Source: Phoronis australis
Taxonomy: Eukaryota > Animalia > Phoronida
Length of the DNA stretch: 64,000 nt
Assembly (NCBI GenBank): GCA_002633005.1
Contig: NMRA01000115.1
Coordinates: 370,104-434,103 of the forward strand
Direction of reading: 5' to 3'
Shown here: one piece after another, positions 24,516 through 37,771 of the stretch
How the letters are laid out: each line of letters begins with the position of its first letter
How positions within the stretch are numbered: the first letter of the stretch is position 1
Notes under the pieces: generated by a model
What the model was told of the DNA's origin: nothing
Seen by the model: the letters and a program-made list of their open reading frames with translations, nothing else
The model's database searches: none
Made by a program: the position numbers and the translations under genes

Positions 24516-27500
24516 TGGAGCTTTTTTTTCAAGCACTAAACTTACCTCACAAGGCTAATGCAGTTAAGATGCTAGTGCCTGTTTTGTTAATTAAATGATA
24601 GAAATGCCAAAGTTAAAATAATCGAATGCCCAGACACAGTCTACTTAGTGTTTATCATCGCTCGAAATAAAACGGCCGGGAAGCTGAAATGTAAACACAT
24701 CCTCACAGGCACTACGCACTCATAATGCGGGCGTCCGTACTAAAGATGATACCCCCAAGTTGTGGACGGACGAGTGAGAGAGAAAAGAGAGAGAGGAAAC
24801 ACTTTTATGACAAAATGCATGATTAAATAAGTGCGATTTCAATTAGAAAGCCTTCTGAAGGTTTTCGACCGCAAATAAGAAGATCCCCTGTGCAAATATA
24901 AATGAATGAAGACACAGAAATCGGTAGGAATATGTGAATAGGCCAAAACAGGAAGAGGTCACACTATGAGCGGAATGGGATTCAAGTCCCGTGAATGTGA
25001 AGAAAAATCCGGGTCATACCTGGCAACTAATAAGGCCGGAGCCTGAAAGCATTGCCGTAGCCATGCCCGCAGAGAGCCATTAGAGGTGTGTCGGGGAGGT
25101 GCCTCGTCCTGCAAAAACTGCTTCTCAGTAGCAACCCATCTTCGGTGGCCAAAACTTGAGATAAGCCCCTAGGTAACGCCCAGTGTTCACTGTGACTGCA
25201 TGGTATTTTCATCCTCCAACCAGAATGAACCAATGAGATCGTCCGTGGCACCATGTTTACCTTATTTTCTGGCGAACACAAGGGGCGTCAAAACATCAGC
25301 AGAATAACGGTGCAACTTTTTGTGCGAAAGTCAAAACTTTTAAGTTCGAGGTACTCAAAATCGAGAGAATTTACTCACGCCGACGTAAGGAAACCACTAA
25401 GACGGGACATACAACTAACGCGTCAAAACATTATGCTAACTTTATGCAACGATATTTATTCGTTTGCAAAAATGATTCAAGTGATCAATTTAAAGATATG
25501 CATACCTTTTCCTCTTCATTTTAGCTAAAAATTCATAAAAAGGATCTTACTCAAGTTAGTTAAATCCAAACGTATGCCAACTTTAAATATTTTCAAATTT
25601 TAAAGTTTGAATGACATTCTAATTCATTTTTTATTTTTGATGGTGCACCACCAACTAAAATGAACTACGCAGTGAGTGTCAGCTGACTTATGCATCACCG
25701 GTACTCACGCAACTGCCGCCATATGCAATGAGGCGTCCGCGGAAACCCAGCCCACTGTAAAAAAATGTAAAAACTGGGCCTATCTGTTAGAATATGGAAA
25801 GCCCAAACAACAAGGAAATTTAAGCCTTTTTATATTTTGGTGATATTTTTCTACAGGCGAAACATATTCCGTGTTCTAAATTGGTGACCTGAAGGAAACA
25901 GTATATTTAATAGAAGTGTCAGTTCAGTAACCAATGTATTTTTGGTTTGCCGGCAGCAACGAAAAATTGTTATTCGATGACCACACATTTACTTTTCCAA
26001 ACACCAAATACAATTTAGAAAAGATTCAACTACAATTTTGAACTGTGACGAACCTTTAAAAATATCCGAAGTCAAAAATTTGTTTGTGGAATTTCAAATT
26101 CCACCCCCTTTTGCTTAAACCCCTGCGATTATGGGGACTTCGAATTGGTGGCCCTTTCAAAGACAATTCCATTGTAATGACTGCTTAAAATATGGGTCTC
26201 ATAATAATTTTCCATGCAGTACAGTGAGTGCACCCGCATATATAATTGAAGGTTTTCAAAGACGTCTTCGGCTCTTACGTACCATCCTGGAAGAGATTAT
26301 CAACTGTCCTGACTGGCCTAAAGCACCGCAAAGGTTTCAAAACAGGTTTTCAATGATGTGTTTGCAACGTTGATGAAACCCAAACTTAGGTACAGTACCA
26401 AAACCAAATATGGTCAAGATGAGAAACGGTAATTTGTAGCGAAAATATCGGGTGTAAATGATGATATACGAGATGGTCAACTCTGTACGGTAATTTGTAG
26501 TGAAATATTGGTGATGGTGTAAATGATGATTTACGAGATGGTCAACTCTATGTAGTGGCACTTAACTGATTATTTTATCATGAAAAAACGTCAATTCTAT
26601 CTCATCTTCAGAGCAACGTCTATGTGAAGGCGTTGAGCGAAACCACATGTCCTTGCTCTAATTTCTGACCTTAACTTAGTAACATTAAGCTGAAACCTGT
26701 GTTCGTCACTAGTTAACGATTCGAGTGACCATTGGCAATCATTATTAGTTGAGCAGACGGATGTGACGGAAAGTTTGATTAACAACAGTTACTTGGCGCA
26801 TCAATAGATTATACAGTTCAGTGAGGACGGCTGGCACACCTACATGTAGGTCTATCGTGAAGAACGGTAAGGCTTGCATTTAAATTTATTGTTCGAATGT
26901 TGCTCATGGCCGAATTTGATTTCATGTTTGGTGTTAAGGTGAAATGTTGCGGCCATGTTGCTCTTAAATTAATTTTAATTGAAACAATTGGTTCCGAGTC
27001 AAATTTTTAACGTTTCAAAATGAACTGATATAACTACGCGGAGTACTTATCTTGACTAATTTTGACAGGGGCACAGCTCAAAAATTGGGTTACCCTGCTA
27101 CTGACAGGGTGAATTTTAAACAAAGCGATCGATCTGTAGGGAGCATCCATGAAACGGTTACCCTATCACACTCTTTTGTTTTAGAAACGACACACTTTAG
27201 TAGGGGATAATTACATAAAATTAACACCTTCGTAGGGATTTTAGGACCGAAATTGTAAAGGAACAGGTGCCATGTTGTCAAAAAGCATGAACTGCATTTA
27301 TAACACAAAAGTTAAATATTTAGGCTTGTGTTGGAAATTTTTATGAAGTTTCGAATTTCCAAAGTGAGCCCTTTTTAGGAAATTTTGTCAGAAATGACAC
27401 TTTGGATTGGAAGGAAATTGTAGGAAAAGGCATCGTACCGTAGGGAGAAAAAGTGTAAATGTCTCTCATGCTCTGAGCGGCAAATCCCGTACACCTCTTC

Positions 27501-27914
27501 TAAATGGAAGTAACCCACCTAGAAGGCTAACGCTTTTGTTCAATTCCGGGCTGATATTGCACAATTTGATACAATGTTTTCGGCTAACACTTTGAAATCT
27601 CTAATATCCTGTCCTATTCTAACATTATCTACCGTATTCTGGGCTTGCTAACCAACAATGTACACAGACTTCACTTCTCACGTCACCCTCTTGAAAAGTG
27701 GCCCTCGTTTTGATTTTGTGACTTTCATTATGAACATGCATGTGCCGGCGTATTTTGACGAAAAATGGATCCTGACGTGGAATTTTTGCATTGTGAAATG
27801 ACCTTGTCAGTAGTGATTCGTCTTCCCATGCCCGTTAGATAACTCTCCACCTCGAATTCCCCAAGATTATTTTTTTACCTTTTTAAAACACTTTACCGTC
27901 TGCCGAATGAAGTA

Positions 27915-28202
27915 CAAGGTGAGTCAAATAATACTCATTCTAATTGCATACTGTTTTTAATTAGATAATTTTAAATTTAGAGTCTGAAAGCAAATATTCC
28001 AGTGGTTATGTTACCGCGTTATCGCAAATTTGAACGTGCACGAAGAAGCTGCGATTGCAAACGTCATTAGTCGTTGAATTGTGATCAAAAATAGGGATAG
28101 AATAGGTGACCGTCATTGTAGAAGAACAATTCCATGTTTCTACGACATATTTAAACAAAGTATTCAAACACAAGAATAGTGTTTAACATTTTTCTCACCT
28201 TG
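27915..28202. mobile_element. Tc1/mariner-type MITE
   Basis: TA|caaggtgag ... ctcaccttg|TA. Confidence 0.6.
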
Positions 28203-31200
28203 TATTTATGGAAGTCATGACAGCTACCATGAGTCACGAGCACATCGATGTAGCAAATATATTACCTGAACTCCCAAGCTTATGAGTTGTTATGACGCAT
28301 TGGTAGTAAATGTTAGAGTGTTGGCCTCAGCAAGCATACAGTAAGTTATGGTAGTTTGCATTGCCCTGGTTCTAAAATTTGACTTTTACAGACTGATGTT
28401 CTGAAATGTTTTACGTCCTGTTATTCGTTGTTATTTACATATGCCAGTAGTCGTCCACATCAGTCGTCAAAATTCAGCCATAGTAAACTAACATACACAC
28501 TCCCAATGACTACTAATTCCGAGTATATCCCTGTATGTTGGGTGTTTATCAGGACATCAATTTTTATGATTTGTTGGAAAGGAAATGCCAAACAGGCATA
28601 AAACAGTATCTGAAACTGTCCGCTCACCAAAACATTAACCAGTCAGTCCCACTCAGCTACAGGGTTCTTCTCTGAAGTCTTTTCTTAGTGCATTATTTAT
28701 TTCAACTTCCTCACGACAAGACAGCATGATCAACACTGTTAAATTCCACTGCTTCTGTCAGTTTATGAAGGAGTCAAACTACCGTGCGGGAGAGTACAAG
28801 CTTCTAAATAATCAGCCCGCAGTGACCTTTTACCCGAGTGATGTGTCCTGGACAAACCTCACGTGGGCGCCATTTGAAGTAGAAAGATAAACAGTAGGGG
28901 TCATTTTGTCATGTGCCTCCAGTGATTAGCGAATTAAATTCCCGGTTACGCATTGTGATGTGCAAGAATTTCCATGTGAAAGCGGTATTTTCCAACCGAG
29001 CCATTTAATAAGATTCTCGCATCTGGAACGTTTGTTGAGTCCTGTTCCAAACTGTGCAGTCAGGTATTCATAGAAGTCGTGCCACCAACCAGTCGGACGT
29101 AATAGTGATGGTCATGTAATATAAATAAAAGTATATGGCTAGCTGATAGTTTCTGTTAGTTAGACACGTTTCTATATAATGTGACTGTGGGTGGATTTCG
29201 GGGCAAAAAGGCTAGAATGTGTCATGGGCGTGGTGTCATCAGATACCAGATCGTATAACTGGAGGAAGTAGAATTTATTTCATTCCAAAACACTGACAAA
29301 ACACAAGAGATATATCGGAAAATTCCCTCATGTGTATTCGAGCATGCCGACGTCTACAATACGACTACTGAACATTTCCAGTAGAAAATACTACCTGAAT
29401 GCTTTGCACCAAAATAAGGGGGCCTACATCAAAGATTTTATTTGTTTACAAATTCCCATTAAAATGAAGCCGGATATGCCCAACTGTACATATTGCCTGG
29501 GAAAACAGAAAATACTGCACGGCAGGTGTTCTTGCTGGTGACAAAATTTTACAAGGAGCCGTTTTCCATGCTTCACTCCGTATATGCGGAATTCTCCTTT
29601 TACTTTGTGGTCCGTGTAACCATTCAGAAAGTTCAAATTTGACAAACGCCTGTGAAATTAACACATCTTTGAGCGACTGTAAAGGGTTCATTCATAAGAA
29701 ATTACTGTTAACTGTCCTGTGACCGTCCTACTCTCTAGTCTCTGGCTTCGAAACACCGAATTTTTACTCGAAGAGGCTTTAACGCAGATGTAAAATTTTC
29801 ACATAATTGACTAACATTCGTCGGTCTTGAATTCGCGATGACGGATTATCATAGCGCAAAAAATTTCCAATCCCCCGACCTAATACACTCCTGACATTAC
29901 ATGCGGCCAGTTTCTGGTTGTCTAAGGATGCGTCACCTGATCAACGCGACTGTGCAAAAGTCGCTCTTACGACTGAACCACATTTTAAATATTCAACGAT
30001 TTTTATAAATATCAACCTTGCTGTGGCGTGGTAGTACTGAGTTCGGAAGATTTCTTAAAAAATGTGCTCTGGGAATGAACGAGAACAGGGAGAGTTTGAG
30101 CCTTAATTTCCGTGGTAATTGTAGTATAGTGAAACCCATTAATAACAGGTTTCTAGAAAGTCGCCAGCTTTAAATCTATTTAAGTAGTTTTTATCATGGA
30201 ATGCAATTCTTCATTGTGCAAACGATTTTGAAGATGTTAAAACCATTTCAAGCAGATGAACTCGCCCCAGCTTGAGGAGTTCGTTTCTGCTTGAGCGAGT
30301 TCGCAACCTAAACTTTGGACAGAATAAATTTGAAAGAACGAGCAACCGTAGAAATTTTGAAAATTCGCAGACGGGTGTCAGTCTACCAGAGTATGTTCAT
30401 AAACACTGGTGTGTGCGAGTGGTGTTCGTACGTGTAATTGGTTGAGTTAACTGGGTATTTTTGCGCAGCGCAGACGAAAGTTAGGGAATGAACCTAACCG
30501 TTCATCATAATTTGATTTATTCAGTGTCGCAATGTGGTCAGAATTATTCTCTTCAGTGTAGGAACTACCGTCTGTTTAAAAGTAATGCCGCTCAAGGCAG
30601 ACTATAACTGCAAGTAATTTTCAATTGTATTATCTCTCGAATATAACAATTTTCTATTTATGGTTACGTAAGACTTTATCGACAAGTCTGTACATTTAGC
30701 AAACTAATTCGAAAAATGTACTTTTCTCACTAAAAATACATGTTTCCTGAAAGCAGAAAGCCTGTAGAATTCGATTATGGACTTTTTACCAATCTTTCAC
30801 AGATTTGGTCACGTCTCCATGTCTTTTTAGTAAAACTTGTCGAAAAACAAAAGTACAATGATAACAAAACAAGATTATTAATAACATGATCAAATTTTAT
30901 TTGTTATAAATGTTTAAAGTGAGATATCAAAAATGCTGTTACAGTTCTTTAAAATATCATTTCGTTTTTGTTTTATGACCATCTTCAAAGTTTTTTTTCT
31001 GAAAATCAAAAAGGTCATTCTATTAAAACACCTCATGCAAAAGTGGAACACTCACTGTAAAATCAATTCCTAACAGCGTTCTTGAGAACAGTTTGTACAG
31101 TATAGTACCTGAAATTAGGAATCTGGTCAACCATTTTCGTGATGTGTTGTTCCTGAGTGGGCCGTGAATGTTTTAGTGTCCTAGATAACCTTACATGTAC

Positions 31201-32223
31201 GTCTTAGTTATGAAACACTACACTGCTACCTGCGGATTTTTGCACGCTTTCTTAGAGTTCTTCCATACATGTACACTGCCGTGAAAACGTATAGAAAGAT
31301 GTAGAACTGCAACTATTGTAGACCTCAGTATTAGATACTACAGATTACAGACGTAAGATTTGAGCATGTGGTCTTACCCCGTGTCTTGGCGGTTCAGACT
31401 CGGGCTGTCATATATATACTCATATATATTTTACATAAAATATTTAGTTTCTTGTGCCTGTACGTACTGTCAACATACACGTAAATTACCTATTGTGGAA
31501 AGTTAAGTATCTAAATTCCAAAAATATCAAATTATAAATTACTGTGCAATGTTCTGCATGATAATTACCACAAAAATCGTAAGATTGCAGGTAAGAATTA
31601 TATTGTGTCTCCCATTCTATAAATCTTCGCTTTTAATTTTAATTTGCTGATAAAAGTCTCGTGACCTCACCGGCTTGCGGCGCATTCGAGATACTGTAAG
31701 GGGTTGGGCGAACTCGCACCGCTCTGCCCCACCAGGCGTTTTACATGATAAATATTCGAGTAGTCTCTACACTCGTTTTCTCCGAGAAGCCTGAAGCACG
31801 ACGGAACTTTAATTAGGTAGGCGTAATAGTGTTATTTACAAAGCACAATTTAAAGACTATTGTCTTCAAAGTGGGAAGGCTGTGTGAAATTCACAACGGA
31901 ATTTAGTTCGCATTTTGCTAACTTCGTTTTAATGAGAAAAGCTCGTTAATCACTCCCCGCGGATTTATGTGCTTATTTTGAAATAATTATTGTTTGATTA
32001 CTCCCCCTTCGCTGCATCATTTTACATTACAAATAGTTATCTACAATGTAGGCTTAATTTATTTATACTGAAGTGTTCTGTAAGTGCATAAAATTTGTTA
32101 ATTGTCTGAATCGCTGCTATTTGGGTATTCAGTGGCCGCCCAGTACGCAAACACTTATAGAGAACTATGGAGCGCCAAAGGGTTCTTAAACGAATGCCTC
32201 CCTGCGCGTAGAAATGTGCTTAA

Positions 32224-34639
32224 AGGAGAATGTCACCAAAAACATCCTATTTTGTATCAATTTAGAACGAGCAGTTCTACTCGATAACTGCACGTTCGGT
32301 TGCGTTACCTGACACCTGACGGTGTTGAAATTATCCAATGACGTCATTGGTTTCACATGCAGTCTGTTAGCAGTTCACAACTGGGGTTACTGGTGTCAGC
32401 TTATCGCTTGAATTCATCGTTTAACACCAATAAATCATCAAACTTCGATATAAAACCCTTAAAAACACACCAGGTTCTTATAAAAACGTGTTGTTTTATT
32501 TCGCTGTTACGGATTTATTGGTATTTCGACACACCGTAGCCTGCAAAGTTTGGCAGGCCAATTTACCAAGGTCCATAGCTGGAGTTAGGGGTCTGTCCGG
32601 AGATAAATTCGAAGTATTCTACCGTGAAATACAGACAGGGGAACCTAGATCTGTGTTGTTTGGACTTCTAAATACACAAAACGTTTGTTATCCCGGCCAG
32701 TGGCTCGGAACCCGATCAGGCCCGTCGCGGCCGGACTGACTCGTTATCCCGGCCAATGGTTCGGAACCCGATCTGGCCCGTCGCGGCCGCCGGGACTGGC
32801 ACGAGCATAAACCAGCTTGAGTTGGAAACTAAACCTCCAGTCACGAAACGACTATAATAGTGAGCTTATTATTTAACACCGGTAATTAAAATTATACGGA
32901 TGAAAAAACAATGAAACAGTAAGAGCGTAGGGAAATGGTGAGCTTATTATTTAACACCGGTAATTAAAATTATACGGATGAAAAAACAATAAAACAGTAA
33001 GAGCGTAGGGAAATGGTGAGTTTATTATTTAACCCCGGTAATTAAAATTATACGGATGAAAAAAGATTTAAATGTGTGCAGTTTTAGTGTTGGGGGGAGT
33101 CAAATCCAATATCAAGTGTCAAATTCGGAACACAGCGCATTCGTAACGGAACTATGGCTAAGTATAGTATCTCCCGATATATCCTAGGCGACCGGCAGTG
33201 GCGCTGCGCACTACGACTCCGTTTCCGTCGTCTGCTCCACTGTGCAATGAAGAAAATTTACTTCATTTTTTAAAGAAAATGGAACCTGAGTGACGATGAA
33301 AAAACAGAAGCTGCTGGTAAGATGTGAATTTTAATCGAAGCCTTAGTAAATCACTTAGAAACTCGCAATGCTCTCTCTGTCAAACCTTATCTTAAGACGA
33401 TTTCCAAAGCAATCCCGTCATAATTGCCAACACGAAAAATGGATTTGGTCTTTTGCGCATTTGAAGACTGTTTCAAATACGACAAATTTGTTAAGAATTG
33501 ACGGCACAAAATATAAAACGTGTAATAAGCATTACAAAAAGAAGTAGGTTTCGCGCGCAAACGCTGTGGCCCATAAACAAGTAGGTCTTTTAGTATGAGA
33601 GTAGTAGTTAAATCGTGGTAGTGTAGTGGTAACGTACGCGCGCTCTATCCACCAGGTCGTGAGTTCGAGTCTTTAATACTTGCATTTTTTTCTGTTTGAC
33701 ACGTTCTCCGTGTTTTTTTTTTTTGCCTTTTTTCTTGGATAATACTTCAGGAATCAAGGAAAATGCTTGATTTTTAGAGGTAAAAACAGAGAAAAAGTTC
33801 CTGGGCGGGAGGGGGGTTTGCCCCCCTCCCGCCCAGGAACTTTTTCTGTTTCGACCTCCCCCCATTCGGTGCCATGCGCATCGTGGTTCAGTTTGCGCAA
33901 TTGCTTCCAGCCGGACAAAATGTTGGGCCCCCCTTGTGATATCATAGATCCGCTTCTGCACGAATACTGCAAAGCCATTACAAATTGTATCTAATGAGAC
34001 AGATTTTGTTTCAGTTTTATATATGCTTTGGTTAGGATTAGAATAATTCATTTTGAAACAGAACGCAGAATAATAAACGTGTACAGGGCAACTCGCCCGG
34101 CGCCAATCCCGACTTAGTCAAGAGCTCATCCGACGAATACATCACGGGTCGGATTGTTAGTTCGAAACGGAATACACTGATCGAGAAATATCAGAGAGGC
34201 ACCGTGAACATGAAAGGGCAACGAAACGTATGGATATTTCTTTGGTAAGAAGGAAATCGTCAGAAAAATCACTGTCGACGAAATGCCGGCCCCAGACCCA
34301 GAGATTTTTTCATGGCCTCATACTTGCTATTAACAGCGTACCTTTCATTCTTCACTACCGCGAGCCACTTCTTAAGTATTTCGGGTTCTCGAGGAAGTCG
34401 AAAAAATGATATACCGGCTTTTTCGTAGCTTCATAGTTCGGACAAGCGGGAACGATGCACCGTAATATAGCAGCATTCACTCTGCGGACGAACCACCGAC
34501 GTCGCTGCGTCGTTTCTCACCTTAATCACAGGTTAACGCGACGCCTATCGGCAAGGTGAGGTCGACCGTATAAGAGGCGATGTGGATACAGGCCGATTAA
34601 GACTGTAAAAAGACTATTTAAATCGGGTGGCATTCTCCT
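32224..34639 (-). mobile_element. Kolobok-like family A, inverted copy with both ends and a nested MITE
   Basis: TTAA at 32220-32223 and 34640-34643. Ends aggagaatgtcacc / gggtggcattctcct. Collinear (inverted) with 10809-12489 outside 32866-33958. Confidence 0.85.
32866..33958 (-). mobile_element. Inverted, end-truncated copy of the 3256-4234 MITE with a 78-bp tandem expansion
   Basis: Reverse-complement match to ~3256-4175. 78-bp units start at 32866, 32944 and 33022. Confidence 0.85.
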
Positions 34640-34649
34640 TTAATCTACG

Positions 34650-35700
34650 CATACTTTTGCTTAGGGAGGCCCTACAGACGTGTTGGTCGTGACCCGCCTG
34701 GTCTTATACTGTACGATTGTAAGTTTCGTGGTCTAATGCACCCGTCCGTTCTGTAGGTGTTGTTCGCGCTTAGCTGTCGGGTCATGATCGAGCTTGACGA
34801 ATTTAGAACTGTCAATAACGATGTCATGTAGCTTAGAGAGGTAGTCAGTCTTATCCATGATCACAATACCGTTTCGTTTGTCAGGACGCGCGATGGTGAT
34901 GTATTGACGTTGTGAAAGGGAACGCAAAGCCTGGTACTGGTGTGAGATTCTGAAGTTGGTTACTGTTATAACCATAGATGTAGCGATAACACAGATCGCG
35001 AAGGCGATGCTTAAGCCACATTTTGTCAGGGATTAGGGTAGAAGTGATCTTGTTGTAGAATGATTCGATAGACCCTTCAGTGTCCATGGCATTGATGTGA
35101 TGAGTGGGGATACTTTAAGTTAATCCTTTGCTAAGGAGAGCTATTTCAGTATCAGTTAGTGGAATACTAGACATTCACACTGTAGCCATGTTTGCGTTTG
35201 AGACAGATGATCTTACTAGCATGTCGAACTTTCTTGTTTTCTATGTCCGCTTTGCAGGAGTTGTCCACTAGAAACTGCTCAATGGAATGTTAGGAATCCA
35301 ACAAATGAACCTAATTCACGTGACAGATTGCGGTACTCCTAAAGCAACTTAGTTTTACTTTTCCTCTTGTTACTCAACTCAGTGGAAAGTAACGTTTCTT
35401 GAAGCCTCTGGAGATCATGTTGTGTCAAACTTCTTGCATTAGCTGGCTTCAATTTGCAGAAAGTGGGGATCAGATGGAGGCGTTGGCATTTGATGATGAA
35501 ATCGATGTCACAATCCAGTCGCTTAGTCCGCAGAAGAGACTTCTCGACTTTGCGAAACAGCTTCAATATTTGAAGACCATAATGCAGGCGGATATTGTTA
35601 TTTTTGGCAAAAGTAAGATTAAAAACCGAACGATCGCCGCACAAATAAAAAAGTTCGTGTTCAATTAAAGTTTCGTCTATTCATTAGACACCATCAGGAT
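34650..35700 (-). mobile_element. Penelope-like element, 5' part of ORF (pre-RT region)
   Basis: IRLHYGLQILKLFRKVEK...DIDFIIKCQRLHLIPTFCKLK; PLTDTEIALLSKGL; ALRSLSQRQYITIARPDKRNGIVIMDKTDYLSKLHDIVIDSSKFVKLDHDPT. Confidence 0.8.
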
Positions 35701-36242
35701 CATATTTACAAAGGGCAGCAAGTGCCAACATACAGCTCAGGTAACATCCATAAAGTGAAGTGAGAGATACACGGAATATAGTCAGTAGCTGGTCATCACC
35801 ATAGGTGCAGGGTCACTGAGCTCTGCATGTTATTCAGAGGCATTGTGTTTGCAACAATCACCAAGCTAATTCAGTTAGCAGAGAACCCTTTAAGGAATTA
35901 CTGTACATTAAAGAGTCATTGGCCATTCAGAACAAGCATGGTACTTTGTTGACTACTGCTACTTGTACACCTAGTGTCATCTGCCGTTCGTGAGACAAAG
36001 CAGGGAATGTTTTGAACCCACACGTATAATAGGTCCACCTTTTCTCAAGACAAGACAGTACAGGAAAGAGTAATATGTTTTCGTATCACACTTCGCCACA
36101 CGGCGAGTGATAATATCTGTCCATATGCTAATTGATATTTTGTTCTTCGTATCAATATCTAAAAATTTAAAAAATAATTGATTTCAAAAGAGTTTTTTAC
36201 TCAAGAAACGTAAATAAACGCAGGTCAAGAATACATTTCCCA

Positions 36243-36365
36243 ATACACACACACACACGCAGGCACGCATACGCACACATACACAACGTATGTACGTATA
36301 CTTATGCATATAGATATACATACCCCGCTATACTAACTTATCCCGTATGCATATACATACATAAC
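36243..36365. repeat. (CA)n/(TACA)n-like simple repeat
   Basis: Directly visible low-complexity tract. Confidence 0.7.
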
Positions 36366-37193
36366 TTGGTTACCACTGCCATATCCTATCCATAATTTAT
36401 TTCATCCGGGAATGTCCCAACCAGACCGAAAGGAGGATTTTGCCACACCGTTGGAGTAAAATACCTCATGTTGATGTTTTGACATTAAACGTACACAACA
36501 TACGAAACTGAAATTTTCCTTGACCGGGAGATCTCATGACTTGCGGTTTGAGGGACACTAGAGATTTCCTCAGCTGATGTGCCACATCCCATTTACAAAG
36601 AATAGAAGTAGCCATCTAAGGTCCACTTTAGGGTCCACCAGCAGCAGCTAGAGTTTCCTTGAAGTCTACCTCAGTTCGCTTTGCTCATTAAGGGAGAGCT
36701 AACACCTTGGTGGAGGGAAGGGTAGGGGTGCTTTCAGAATAGGGTAAGAGGTAAGGTTAGGAAAGTTTTACCTGAGCCTTTTAAAGGTATCTCTTTGAAT
36801 ACGACCCATTATGTCCATGCTTGTGCTTATGTCTATTTAGGGTGACTTTATTGTACTGTTTGATGTTGCGGAATATTATTAACCTAAAATAAAATAGTAA
36901 CAAAAGTTTTACGGGAATCAACATTTTTTAAATCTCGTAATATGTTATTTGAAATAAAAATAATATTCAAATGTTTGAAAAATCAGTGAATGTCGTAAAT
37001 GCAACCAATACTGTGTGCCAAATTGCGCCGAACTCCCATAAAATTTATAATAAGTCAAAAATTGGATGTCACGCTCCGTTTTAAAAATACTTAATGAAGG
37101 TATATAATTCTTACCACACACTATGGTGCAATTTTGATTGTTAGTATATGGGAGATGGTGCATTATAGGTGTTCCAGGATTTGTCAACTTGTG

Positions 37194-37598
37194 ACTGGAG
37201 CCGCGTTTCCAAGCCCCAAGATGGCGCTGATCGTTATAGACACTTGAGGATTGGTTATTGGAAAGGATATGTGTAAGAATTCTGACACATTTTTACGGAA
37301 ACCGCTGGAATATCCCGAGTACTATCAAGTTATATCAACTTTGAAATTTTCTGCAGTATTATATAAAAATGGAAACTAACGGTAGGGCCTATACGAGTAC
37401 AACAACAATCTTTATTTCAAACAACGACCAAAACAATGCCTTCTGCTTCAGACAGCACCAACGCCTGTGATAAAAGTTAAAATCTGCCTTTGTTTTAATG
37501 ATGCCAGCCAATCATTGCGCAAAAGGTATTTCCCATACCCAAGACTCAAACAGCTCAACCGATCATTGCCATCTTGAGGTTTGGGGACGAGGCTGGGT
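37194..37598. mobile_element. MITE about 170 bp upstream of the GPCR start codon
   Basis: agccgcgtttccaagccccaagatggcgctgatc is mirrored by gatcattgccatcttgaggtttggggacgaggct. Confidence 0.65.
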
Positions 37599-37771
37599 CC
37601 ACTGTATCAATCGATGACTTGTCGTCTCGTAGATGTGTCTTTAACTTCAAACAAGAATTACATGTACAATGTAGTGTTCATCAATATGCACATTGAGCGT
37701 AACTGACGTACGCTATTTTGATTTTGACAATTTTGTTATTTTTGGTAGGTTAGAAGTAAACGGGCACTAAA

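Noticed and set aside
27085-27518. Possible MITE with tgggttac/gtaaccca ends
   Set aside because: Only an 8-bp inverted match, with no TSD or second copy.
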